From NCBI GenBank assembly GCA_973895155.1, contig OZ316896.1, positions 9,259,539 through 9,323,538 on the forward strand: DNA of 64,000 nucleotides, written 5' to 3'. The translations under genes and the position numbers were made by a program. Of this stretch, positions 47,189 through 59,954 are shown piece by piece. This stretch comes from Marsupella aquatica (Eukaryota; Plantae; Marchantiophyta). Positions within the stretch are counted from its first letter, which is position 1. Each line of letters starts with the position of its first letter. Under the pieces are notes generated by a model. The model did no database searches. It saw nothing but the letters and a program-made list of their open reading frames with translations, and was not told where the DNA came from.

Positions 47189-50100
47189 AGCCGGGGGTAT
47201 GCCCTGTGCACGTCATCTAGGAGAGCAGATGATGTGTGGATTCTTGATTGTGCTTGCTCTTTTCATATTTGTTACATTCGTGAGTTTTTCAGTTCTTACT
47301 CTATTTTCAAACGGTTTAGTTCTGATGGGAAATGATCACTCCTGTCAAATTGAGGGAATTGGGTTTGTGAAGATTCAAATGTTTGATGGCGCTGTGCGCA
47401 CAGTGTCCGGAGTCAGGTATGTACCTGGCATGCGTAAGAATCTGATTTCACTCGGTGTGTTGGATTCAAATGGTCATCAATGGAGCGTTATTGATGGTGA
47501 ACTTCAAGTCAGGTCGGGAGAGACAGTGATTTTGAAGGGGAGTAGACAAAAGAATTTGTATGTGTTACAGGGCAATACTGTATGTGGAGAGGCCAATGTA
47601 ACCAAGTCTCACGAGGAGATGACTCAACTGTGGCATTCACGGCTAGGCCACATGAGTGAGAAGGGTTTGGCTATCTTACGGAAGAATGGACTCATTTCTG
47701 ATTTGCAATCTTGTAAATTAGAGTTTTGTGAGCATTGCATTCTTGGAAAGCAGCATCGTCGTGCTTTTGGTGTTGGAACTCATCGTTCTAAAGCGGTTCT
47801 TGAGTACATACATAGTGACGTGTGGGGTCCATCCCCGACTCCCTCACACTCTGGAAAGTTGTACTATGTATCATTTATTGATGATTACTCAAGATTTGTG
47901 TGGATTTATTTCATGACGCATAAGTCTGATGTCTTGTCCATTTTTAAGAAGTGGAAGGCCCAGGTGGAGAATCAGACTGGAAACACGATCAAGTGTTTGG
48001 ATACAAGGGTGAAGAGTCTGAGGTCAGACAACGGCGGGGAGTACACTTCAATGGAATTTGAAGAGTACTGTTCAGAACAGGGGATAACTCGCCATCTCAC
48101 CACAGTTTATACTCCGCAGCAGAATGGTGTCGCTGAGAGGCTCAATCGGACACTGTTGGAGCGGTCACGGAGTATGTTGAGCCAATCAGGTTTACCACAA
48201 GAATTTTGGGCAGAAGCTGTCAATACCGCAGCTTATTTGGTAAATCTTTCTCCTTCTAGTGCTATCAATTTCAAAACGCCGTTTGAGATGCGCTATAAGC
48301 GGCAAGCAGACTATCATGGCTTGGTAATTTTTGGAAGTGATGCATATGCTCTCACACCAAAGCAGAATAGGACCAAGTTGGATCCTACCTCCAGGAAATG
48401 TGTTTTTCTTGGGTACCAGAGTGGTGTGAAAGCCTATAGGCTATGGGATCCTATTGCCTGTAAGCTCGTTGTCAGTAGGGATGTTTCCTTCAATGAATCC
48501 AGATTATTGAAGGAGGGGGAGAATACTCAGGTCTCCCGTACTGACAAAAGAAAATCTCCTATCCCGGATCTCGTTGAGGGGGAGATTGGTTATGAGGTGC
48601 ATGACCGGAGAGAAGGAGTTGCTCCAATTATGGAGCTGGTTCCTGTGCCAGAGGAACCAGAGGAGTTTGTTGATGCTGGTGAGCAGCAAGTGGATGCTGT
48701 TGAGCTTCAAATTGTACCAGCACACGCAGATCAACCGGAGTCATCGGCTAGAAGAACATCTGGTCGCACTGTACGCGCTCCATCAAGGTATGGACAGTGG
48801 GTTGATTCATCTCAACTGCAAGAGGATGATTTTACAGCTGATGATGAGGGTGATGCGTTAATTTTGGAAGAAGGAGAACCTTCTTCATTTCATGAGGCAA
48901 GTGCTTCAAAGGAGAAGCAAAAGTGGACTGCAGCAATGCAAACAGAGATGCAGTCACTAAAGGACAACAAAACTTGGGAGCTTGTTAAGCTGCCTAAGGG
49001 TCAGCAAGTGGTGGACAGCAAGTGGATTTACAAGCTGAAGGATAATTCCATAGGAGGTGGATCGAAGGTCTACAAGGCTAGATTGGTAGCAAAGGGATTC
49101 ACACAAGAGAAAGGTGTGGATTACAATGAGGTCTTCTCACCAGTTGCTAAGTACTCTACAATACGACTATTGTGTGTACTTGTTGTAATGTTTGGTCTGC
49201 TCCTAGATCAGATGGATGTTGTCACAGCTTTCCTCTATGGCACATTGGAAGAGGTGATCTTCATGAGACAACCGCTAGGTTTTGTGAAGAGAGGACAGGA
49301 GGAATTGGTTTGCAGATTGCTGAAATCCTTGTATGGGTTGAAGCAGTCACCAAGACAGTGGAACAAGCGGTTTGACGATTGGATTCGGTCACAAGGTTTT
49401 CACAGAAGTGTATTTGACCCTTGTGTGTATTTGAAACCGGTGAAGAATGTTGTCTTTGGGTTCATTGTTTTAGTACTTTATGTGGATGACATGCTAATTG
49501 CAGCCAAGGATAGGTCTGAGATTGTTAAGCTCAAGGCACTGCTTAGTGCAGAGTTTAAGATGAAGGACTTAGGGCCAGCTAAGAGGATTTTGGGTATGGA
49601 GATCACTAGGGACTTGGAGGCTGGCAAGCTATGGTTGACGCAGAGCAGTTACGCGAGGAAGGTAATTGCAAGGTTCAACATGGAGAATAGCAAGCCAGTA
49701 AGTACCCCGTTGGCTCCACACTTCAAGTTATCATCAGCGTTCTGTCCTACGGATGACACAGAGAAGGGGTTGATGTCAAAGGTTCCATATGACAAGGCAG
49801 TGGGGAGTCTCATGTATTTGATGACTTGCACTAGACCTGATCTTGCCATGGCTATGGGCAAGGTGAGCAGGTACATGTCGAATCCAGGGAAGGTACACTG
49901 GGAAGCAGTGAAGTGGATTATCAGGTACTTGAAGGGTACCGTGGATCATGGTCTTTTATTTGATGCGAATGCAAAGAATGCTAGATCATTGATTGGCTAT
50001 GTAGATTCTGACTATGGACAAGATTTGGACCGAAGGAGATCAACAACAGGATACGTGTTCACACTTGGCGGTGGATGCATAAGTTGGAGGTCTACTTTGC

Positions 50101-50462
50101 AGAAGTGTATTGCTCAGTCTACTACAGAAGCGGAGTATGTTGCAGCTGCGGAAGCAGCAAAGGAAGCGATTTGGTTGGATAGACTTATCACTGAAATGGG
50201 ATTGCCACAGGGGAATGTGAAGCTCCATTGTGATAGTCAAAGTGCGCTCCACCTTGCTGTGAACCAGGTGATGGACAGCAGAGTGAAGCACATTGACGTC
50301 AGGTACCATTTTATCAGGCAGGCTGTGTCTGATAAATTGTTTGAGCTAGTCAAGATTGATGGTAAACTCAACCCGGCTGACGCATTTACCAAAGTGATTC
50401 CTTTGGAGAGTTTCTCTAGACACCGTGACGTATTGCAGGTTTTGCAATTGCATCACAAGTAG
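47189..50462 (+). CDS. pol: Copia pol (PR-IN-RT-RH); 1-nt frameshift at ~47303-47306
   Basis: WILDCACSFH in the gag frame (from 47237), then in the ORF-47079 frame WHSRLGH, HSDVWGP, SDNGGEY, QQNGVAERLNRT, LYVDDML and CDSQSA with no further stops. Confidence 0.95.
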
Positions 50463-50653
50463 AGTTTTCTTAAACATTCATTGTAATTACTGATATATGC
50501 TCTTCCTCATTCCTATGTATTAGGCTACGGCTTAGTTCTGGTTTGCTCTAGTTAGAGAGGGAAACCGGTTTGGTTTCTGTCCAGAACTTCCCGCTGAGGG
50601 ATCATATACATTGGCAGTATTACTCTCCCCTAGACCAGAGTCAAGAGGAAGAT

Positions 50654-51182
50654 TGTTGGGTATTTACTCTTACGTCTAGGTTAGGTATGACGTGGTTGGT
50701 ACAACAACGTGGGTTGGTACAACTACGTGGTTAGGTACAACTACGTGATTAGGTACAACTATGTGGTTAGGTACAACTACGTGATTAGGTACAACTATGT
50801 GGTTAGGTACAACTACGTGATTAGGTACAACTATGTGGTTAGGTACAACTACGTGATTAGGTACAACTATGTGGTTAGGTACAACTATGTGGTTAGGTAC
50901 AACTATGTGGTTAGGTACAACTAAGTTGCACACTATATCATAAGAGGCATGTGTGCTTGGAGAGGTAGAACCAAGGCTCATTGTTATGGAGCCACTTGAG
51001 AGATAGGGAGAGCTTACACTGTGGAGACTCGGTATAGCCGACGGGCTTAGAGTTCAGTAAAGCTCTCTTGTGTGTTCCCGTGGACGTAGCCTCAAGGAGG
51101 TGAACCACGTATCTCTTGTGTCGACTATTGTGCGTTGGATGGTTCATGGGCTTGCCGTTGCGATCGTCGTCTATGCTCAACA
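50654..51182 (+). repeat. 3' LTR of Copia element 2
   Basis: Near-identical copy of 44471-44999. Confidence 0.95.
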
Positions 51183-53612
51183 GGAAGGAGGGGGAACATA
51201 TATGGGGTTAAAAGTTTATGTTTAGTAGTAAGCAGTTTCTATATATTTATCTAATTGGACCACTAACAATGGCCCAACTTAAAATGTGATCAACCCCAAT
51301 ATTTTAGAACAAGCCTCTTGTCTCTCAAGCCAATTCATAAACTCTATTGTGAGCTCATCTTGTTGGTTGTTGGAAATGTTTGGCTTGAAGTGCCACCAAA
51401 TGATGTCTAGGCCTTCCTAACAAGGTCTTATGACTAGCGTCTGTGCAATCATGTTTGTGGGTGTGGAAGTCCCATTGTTTTGACTGCGTGGTTGTTGTCA
51501 CAAAAATGTTATAATTTTTGTTGCTAGTGTTCTTATTGGGAGAGTGTTCTTGTTGAGAAGGGTGAGGGCAAGACAGGTGGCAACACCTGCAGGGTTGCAG
51601 AGTGGAAGCAGAGTTGGCTGACTGGAAGGAGAAAGGTTTTTCATCTTTTCGTTTGTTTCACTGCGGGCAGAAATAAGGCAGCTCAGGATGAGGAATAAGG
51701 GTGGTATGGTGGATCTGACGATGCAAGAAATTCATGTTTTCATGAACAGCTGGGATTTTTTCACACTTTTTCCCCTTTTATATAGTGACAACCGCCCATT
51801 TTTGGTGGGATTGCTTATTACACTTTGTGATGTGCTTTGCCTATAGTTCCATGGGTGATTGGCAAGGAATGCTCAATGGTGGTTATATTACCTCTGTGGG
51901 TACACCTATGACTCTTTTTCTCACCCTGAATCCCTCCTTTATTGTTATGAGAACCGCTGGCTGTTTCCTAATATGTCCAGTTACAAGTCCCCTTGAAATG
52001 GATCAAATTTCCAGGCTGAGAGTAAATAGTAGATTTACCTTTCGTGAATAAGCGGTCATCCTGTGTACACCAAAATCTCTTTGGCAACTACAGTCTCCAA
52101 TTAGAACATAATGGGGGAAGCTAGACGAGCAAAATCTCTTATCAAACGCCAATAGAGCAGAGGTGCATCTCAGTGGCATGTTGAACAATGCCATAGGACA
52201 GATCACAAGAAAATCAAGCATTCAATTTGCTTTTGTATCAACCTACCTTGATGCTAACATTCCTGTTAATGGACTTCGAATCTTTGGCTGTAAAGTGCCA
52301 CAGGAGGCCTTCACATGGCCGTCCCATTCGAGAGTAAACTCTCAAATATTGAATTGTACTTTACTGAGTATAAGCATGTACCACCCCGAATGCTGCCAAA
52401 CTTGGCCTTCCCTTGCTGTAAGTCTTGCTAATGCACTCATCAATGCACTCATCCACGTACCTAATGAGGAGCCCCTTATAGAAGTGACAAGTAGATCTCC
52501 TTGCATGATGCCTGCTGTCCACGAGAGCAATTTTATGTGACCCCAATCATCTACGAACTGCACCATCCATGCAGACGAGATGAGATGATCCAAGTTCTCC
52601 TTCAAGGACCACCTTGTGGTCTTTCTATGGCAAGTTTTAAGGTGACGGACTTTACTTCCTTGATGCAAGCTTGTCCTTCGTTGGGGCTTTCCTGAGCAAC
52701 CTGTGTCCTCTAGTGTTCTTGAGCCCCTTGTATCAATAAAAGAGAACTCACCTGGTCGCCATAGATAAAATGGTTCCCGTATTCATACTGGCTACTCTTG
52801 ACCAACTGTTCCCAAAAGTATGCCCTTGTTCAGTCCACTCCTTGGCCACAATTTATTCTCCCCAAGTCAAGCCAATATCCTGTGACCGAAGCCCTGGACT
52901 CCATTCTTTTTGGTCATGCAATACACTTCACTGGAGACTCCCCCTCAGCTTTAACAAGCCACCTTCGTTTTGGTGCTTGCAAGGCACTAGAGCCTTGTGC
53001 ACCCTCCGGTGTAGTTACTTGCAAGAGATCATCACCTTCAATTTTAATTTGAAAGAACGAAGAAAGACCTTAAAACTGATCCAGCAGTGTAGTTCCTGAG
53101 AATAGTACCACCCAAATGTCACTACCATCAAAAGATCCCATGGAGAAAACTAGAAAACAAAGGAACATTGGGACTTGTGCATTCTGAGAAACGCATTTCA
53201 GCGTCCAATACCAATTTAGACTCGCAACGTACACTGCTAACAAGACCCGATATGTGATGATTGCATGCCATGAAAGGTATGAACTTGAAAACGTTAGATT
53301 CCCGCGCGGATTTAGAATTGTTCCAACGAGCATAGCTCATTTCGCACTAAGCATAGCTGTTATCCTATAGTTATGCTCATCACTCAATCCTAACAAGCAA
53401 CAGTAAAAAGCTGCTACCGCAAATCTCATCCTCCTGTTTTCGAAATGCTCTGACATTGACCTAGGCTGCATTGACCACAATGACAGAAGGTACTTGCCTG
53501 CATTGGGCCATCAACAAGACGTGTCCACAGTCGCTGTTCACCCTCACGATATGCACCGTTGCCCTTGCCAGTTGGAGGACAAGGGCAATTCTCATGCTTC
53601 TGCTGACAGCTT

Positions 53613-56600
53613 CTACTTGGAAGATTGACATTGCTTGAGAGAGTAGCCAGGACCGGGATGAGCTGTATTTTCAAGTTGAAAATGAGTACTCACCTCTGTG
53701 GATAAAAGCCAACTGCTTACTTGTTTAATTGGAGCCACAAAGCAACCACCATTGTCTCGTAGCACACGGAATGGTGATCCCATGTCATTCAGCCGAGCAC
53801 GGACAACAGCCTTCAGGGGAGAATCCCCCTCAATTTTACTTCTTCTGCCCCAACCTGTCACTATAGAAACTTGTGTGGCATTCACTGTTCCATCTAAAGT
53901 CCTACATTTCAAATCAATAAGCCATGCAAGTAACATGACTTCAGCCACACTAGCTGAGAGCGTGTGAAGATCCAAGAGAATCTCACTCCCTAAATAAGCT
54001 TGTGCCTTAGGGAAAGCGCCTTTCTTGCGCCCCAAATTCAGAACTTCAATGGCCCGTTTTTGCCATCCGAAGGTCCACAGAACCTCGATCAGAGCATCAT
54101 ACAAGACACAAAGTGGTTCAGTTTCTTGCATCTTGTCAAAAACCATCTCTAAATCTCTTAGAACAATAGTGCCGTCATTTTCATGGCCGTCCTCCAGAAC
54201 CCGTCCCACAACTGCAAACGCCGGGCAGAGCCTTATGCACTGAAGTATGTTCGAAGCCTCATCCCAGGTTTGGCAATGACTTAAACCAGAAAGGATCACC
54301 CCAATGGTGACACAATTTGGCTCAAAGCCTGCTGCAATCATTTCATGAAACTTGGCAATCATCGCTTTAAAATCTTTCGCCCTGCTATATGCATCTATGA
54401 TCGACGTGTATGTTACCGAGTCTAAATGATAACCTGCTTCACACATCTCCTTCACCACTTTCTCCGCCTTTCGTACCATTCCTAGCCTACCGTAACCATC
54501 TATCAGACTTCCATAAGTCTGCACATTTGGCACGCATCCATTGATGTTCATCATTACATATATTCTTTCCATCTTGCTGCACATCCCTGCCTTTCCATAC
54601 GCATCAATTAGAGCAGTAAACGTTATGACATTTGGTTGATGTCCACTTTGTTGCATCTCTTCAAAGGCTCTCTCCATTTTTCTAATTTCTTTGCCTTTGC
54701 CATAGGCATCAATGAGAACATTGTAAGCAGGGCAGCCTGGTTTGGGACCAACAATCTTCATAGTTTTTGCCACTGTCCTAAGTTCTTCAAACACCATCTC
54801 CATCTTGTCAAATAAACCACCCTTACCATAGGCACTGAGCATTGTAACATACGCCGAAATATCTGGCTTGAGGTTCATGTTATTCATGCTGAGCCATACT
54901 TCCTCCATCTGTTCAAACATTCCGGCTTTCCCATAGGCATCCAGGATCCCTGTGTAAGTCACCACATTGGCTCTACAGCCAGCAGATTGCATTTCTTTGA
55001 GTGTAGCCTCCATTTTCTCTAACCTTCCCCTTTTCCCATAGATATCAATAAGCAAGCTGTAAGCCTTAACATCTGGTTTGCAGCTTGCCGTGCACATGGT
55101 TTCCAGAGTTTCTTCCACTTTCTCGTACATGCCAGCTTTCCTATATGCATCCATGAGTGAGCTGTAGGTCAAAATATCAGGATGACAACGTGACTTCAGC
55201 ATACACCTGTAAGTATCTTCCATCTTTGAGTACTGTAGACCTTTCCCATAGGCATCGATCATCGTATTAAACGTAAACACATCAGGCTTACACCCAGCCT
55301 TCTGCATTTGCTCAAACACTCTTTCCATACGGTCATAGAGCCCACCTCTACCATAGGTGCTGATCAGAACGTTAAACGTAATATCTAAGGGTTTGACACC
55401 CAGGTCGCCCATTTCTTTGGTAAGAGCGTCAATCTTCTCCCACAGATGAGCTTGACCATATGCATTTATCATGCAATTATAGCTGTAAACGTTAGGTTTG
55501 CAAGCAAGTGTGGTTTTCATTTGTTTAAATACAGCGACAGCTTGTTCGAGCAGACCACTGCGACCGTAGGCGTCCAACAAAGCTGTATAGGCAGATACGT
55601 CCCGGCCACACCCTGCCTCTTCCATCTCCTCAAATAGTTGGAAGGCACGGTATGGCTGCTTAGATTTCGCCATTATACGCACCATCATTGTGTATATACG
55701 GACATCTGCCTGATATCCTTGTACTTGCTTCATGGCTGCGAATACCTGCATTTCTCAGTATTAGCCTTCCTTGTGTCCTTGAGTATTGATGACCGTCAGA
55801 CATGACCCAATTTAACAGTACATCATTCTCTGTACATCTATGAAAGAAATATTCCAATTACGTTCGGCCACCCGTAAGTGGTATGTTTCAAAATCTTTAA
55901 CATACATGAAAGTACACCTAAACAATGACATGCAAAACATGCAGGGATACAGAGACGTACATCAAGAGCCCCCCTCCAATTTCGCTGCCTCATAGCATCA
56001 TTCAGGAAGGACCATAAAGAATCATCCTGTAATAGAGTCAAAGGACGTGCTTCTCCTGACTCGCTGAAAATTAAGTGCCTGAGTCTTCTTTGTGTCTTGG
56101 AGCCGATCTGATTGACAAAAACTTGAGCTTTTGTTGATGCTTTTCGCAAAGAATCCTTAGTCTTCCGAGGCATGGAAGAATATTTGGTTGGCAACAAAGC
56201 TGCGTAATTGATTGGGTGTGACTCAACTGGCAAAACTTGTGCTTTATTTGAGTACATGCTGTCATAGCTGATTGAATTTTCAGATGACTTTTGCCTTGCT
56301 GAGCTGTGACACGAGGCCGCCTTTTTCCGAGAATTATGATCTCCATTATCGCTTTCAGGTAGATGCGCAGTAGCCACCAAGTTAGATATGAACAGATATC
56401 TGCACATTCACCAGATAAGTTAGACACTCTATATGCTATTAGCACAAGTAGCCCGTGCAAGATGTACATATTTAAAGTGGTAAAAGTCCCACGTGTCAAA
56501 CTTAGACACATAGCCCATCAGCGTATCTGTTGGCCGGTATTTACACACAACGGGATAAGAGGTACTACCACTGTAGCTGGAGAATTTTGTCGAAGCTAAT

Positions 56601-56874
56601 TCTTTGATGAATAGTACGGGAACACCGATTCCGATTGCACACATTTCCAGTGAATCTGGCGGCCCCATCCAAAATGAGGAAGGAGAAGGTAGGCAGGTAC
56701 GAGGAAGTACCTGATATGCACGAAAACCAAAGACGACAATGAACCCGACGGAGAGCCACGGAGATTAAACTCTATCTGCTTACACCTTGGCAAAATAGGA
56801 GCTCCATAACCCTGAAATGAGCTGCTACCACTCCATGAGAGACCATGTGTAGCAGTAGCAGATACCAAAGCCAT
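53613..56874 (-). CDS. P-class PPR protein with C-terminal SMR domain, probably plastid-targeted (~911 aa; exons 56874-56711, 56399-55961, 55745-53613)
   Basis: About 14 35-aa PPR motifs (PNVxTYxxLIDAYGKxG) and SMR motifs LDLH...IVTGWG...SPF...NGGCF. GT-AG junctions keep the frame (164+439+2133 nt). Ser/Ala-rich N-terminus. Confidence 0.9.
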
Positions 56875-59640
56875 AATCCCAAGAAGGAACAGCGTCTGCG
56901 TTAAACCTCACGCAACTCGCCAAGACTGGCTGGCTTCACTCCTTTCTATGTCTTGTCCATGGAAAACTCAGTACCCATCTTGTTCAGGTACAGAAGCCCA
57001 TGGTTACTCCTATGTCAATGACGTTAATTGACTCGATGCTGATGGCTCCTATGGCCTTATTTTCGTTCTTCCTGCGAGGGTATTGTGTCCTGTGCACCAA
57101 TGGATCCGGTGAACTCTCAGACAAATTTGCCTCTATAACAGCAATCTGCGGCGCGAACGCTCATTTTCTACCTGTGAGGCTATGTGTGGCCCAATTGAGG
57201 TCAACAGACATCAAGGCTTCTTCTATCTTCTTTTCAGGGTTCGCTATTTACTGGTCGCTAAACCATCTCCAAATGCTGGTAACGTTTGCTTCTTCCTTGC
57301 TGCACTAAGGTGACATACCTGCAAAATCAAAAGGCAACATTAATTTTTCCTCTGCATTGGTGACAGGAAGCCACTAAGTTGTTCTACACCGGTGGTCTAC
57401 CTAAATCACAAAACTAGCTAAAACACGACGATAATTTTGTTTTGCTATAATGTTCCACAACCTCGTGGAGAAATCAAATGCCTCCGTTTTTCTGTCAATA
57501 TCTGACACAGCTGACAGATAAATCAACCCAGTTTTTCATAATTTACCTTCTAAATCAGCATATTACAAGCTCCATACCAAAGTTTCACAAGTTTCGGCAG
57601 CATATTTTACAACAGAAGTCGAAAGCAAGAATTCTGTGTAATTTTCCCCATTTGCCAAGACATTTATCATGGTTGACATTTGCCCTCAAACTCTAAGTTC
57701 TCTTCTTCGTTGTGACTACCTTCCGCTTGAAGACGAAGCATACATATCGCGTAAGCCTCCACGAGATGCACAGGAAAAGTGAGAATTCAATGGAAAACTG
57801 GAGACATGCTTTGATCTTAGAAAATAGCAGCTCGGCTCAAATCAAGCGAATTTCAGATCCTGGCAATCCACCTACTGTAGAATTTCCAGCGAGATTTAAT
57901 CCACTTCTGTAGCCAGAATCCACAGGTATTGAACGGTATTCCACTTCGATTTAATCCATTACTCAAGCTCGATTCTGTGGATTCTGGCACAGGACATGGG
58001 ACTGGACTGACACAGTGCTTGATGTTCTCTCACTGCAACAGCTTCTGTATTCACCCAGATCTTACAAGACCATTCGTGACACGGGAAAATGCACGCAGCA
58101 ATTGTTCTGAATCTCGAAAATCTTGCTGCACCAAGAAGAAAAGGGAACCCTGGACAGAAAAGTCACCTAGCAGCCGTCACAGGGTTCAGGAATTGTCCAC
58201 CGCTTCCCAAGAATCCCTCGTCCGTGCATGTGCGATCTGCATCGACAATGAATTGTTGCCCTCTTCTCCGGTTACGCGAGCAGCTGACCCACATGAGTCT
58301 CCCACAACATAAACACTCACTCTGCCTCTCTCACTCCCTCTCTGCTCAATTCCACCAATCGATAAGCCGTTCTCACGCTGCACTAGAAATTCTTCTCTCC
58401 CTCTCCCTCTGCCTCTCAATCTCTCTGTCCCTGTTCATTTCCATCAATCGATACGTTACTCTCTAGACCTATTCTCCTCTTCTTCTGCCCACAATCCGAT
58501 TCTAATTTACTTCCTCGCCATCGCTCCAACAATTCATTCATCCCAATTGCTTGCTGCATGCAAACATGGAAACGCAGGTATCACGAGAGGGTCGAAAGCA
58601 TCAGGCCGATGCAATCAATCAAGGGATGGATTCGTAGGGCTTCGGTCGATCCATCGACCAGAGCGTGTGGGGTGGAGCTCGGCCGAGCTTGTGGGATTGG
58701 ATTGATGGCCACGAGTGTCAAAGAATGAAGAGTCTAGTCGTTATCTCAATGGAAGAGAATTTTAGTGTACAGTTGTTTCTCTCTAAGTGCACACTGTATA
58801 AGTGCAAAGCCTGTCTAACTGCAAGGCATCCCCTCGTCCCTGTTTTTCATACCCAGTTTGCACTCTTTCTTTGGTTTTTAGGGGGCACTTTCCATTTTTT
58901 TTTTTTCATTTTTTTTTTTAAAGGGGAAATCTGTGAAACCCCACAGAAAGGGAAGAGTCACTCACAATAGTTGAGAAGTGTCAGTCACAACAGTTGGACC
59001 CAAGACCTATCAGTATCAATTCAAGTGAGCTACCACAAAGTCATGCCTCTCTGGGCGGGGGGCATTTCTTTTAACTTCTTGTGAATGCAAACAGGCCCTA
59101 AAACATGGCTGGATGATAACTTTATAGTGCAAGCCCCTCCTAAGTTACATGAGCCTGATTAACCATCCCTTGAATGGAAATAGAAATCAAGACAAACAGA
59201 TCTTGCAAAAACAAGAATTACATGTTATTTCTCTTTCATCGTTGCCCCATCCTTGTTTTTTGTCCACCCTCCTTTTCATTTTTGTCTTTATTTAGAGTGA
59301 ATGTCAATTTTGTTCATTTTTGCCCCATCCCTGTTTTTTGTCACCTTCAATTTTGTCCTTATTGAGAGTTTCCATCTAGGGGCCCTTTCTGTAGCCCTTG
59401 AAAGTAGCTTTGCATTGGGCTTTATTAGTAAGATGAACACTTATAGGTAAGGTCACAATCCCATCAAATTTCACTTATTGATAAGTGCATGAAACTTTTA
59501 GTATGGTAAATATTGCATTTATGGAGTAAGTGACTAAATTTTATGGCACGGATGGACAGTGGAGACTGTTCACTGATGGAGGATAATTGCACATTTAACA
59601 AAGAAATATATGCCATACACTCTTATTGATAAGTCCACAA

Positions 59641-59954
59641 TGTTAAGAAAAGCATCGGATGAGAACTCAAGCAACCAGCAAGCAATGCATCGACACAAGA
59701 GATATGTGGTTCACCTCCTTGAGTCTACGTCCACGGGAAACATACAAGAGGCTTTGCTAGAACTCTAGGCACATTGGCCACACCAAGCGTCCATAGCATA
59801 AGCTCTTCTCTCTCTCCAAGAGAATGAGCATGAGTCTCCAAGAGGAGCTCCTCCTAGCCCCTCTATATGCTAGGTACTAATCACTATTAAACACACTAAT
59901 GGTGATTAGCCTAACTAAGCTAAAGCTAACCCAAGACTAGAGTTAATCCTAACA
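59641..59954 (-). mobile_element. Copia solo LTR of the same LTR lineage
   Basis: TG...CA with TSD CACAA (59636-59640 and 59955-59959). Shares cgacacaagagata(t/c)gtggttcacctccttga...ctacgtccacggga with the element 2 LTR. Confidence 0.9.

Larger units (their letters stand above)
44471..51182 (+). mobile_element. Full-length, very young Ty1/Copia LTR retrotransposon (element 2)
   Basis: 529-bp LTRs at 44471-44999 and 50654-51182 (one mismatch seen, ~44699). TSD GGAAG at 44466-44470 and 51183-51187. PBS TGGTATCAGAGC at 45002-45013, PPT at ~50637-50653. Confidence 0.98.

Noticed and set aside
47079-47300. N-terminus of the 1127-aa ORF as a real start or as a programmed frameshift overlap with gag
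   Set aside because: The true protease motif is in the gag frame; this extension arises from the 1-nt indel at ~47305, and element 1 has no shift there.
51700-53100. Possible decayed retroelement coding sequence
   Set aside because: No RT, integrase or endonuclease motif could be recovered in the frames I checked.
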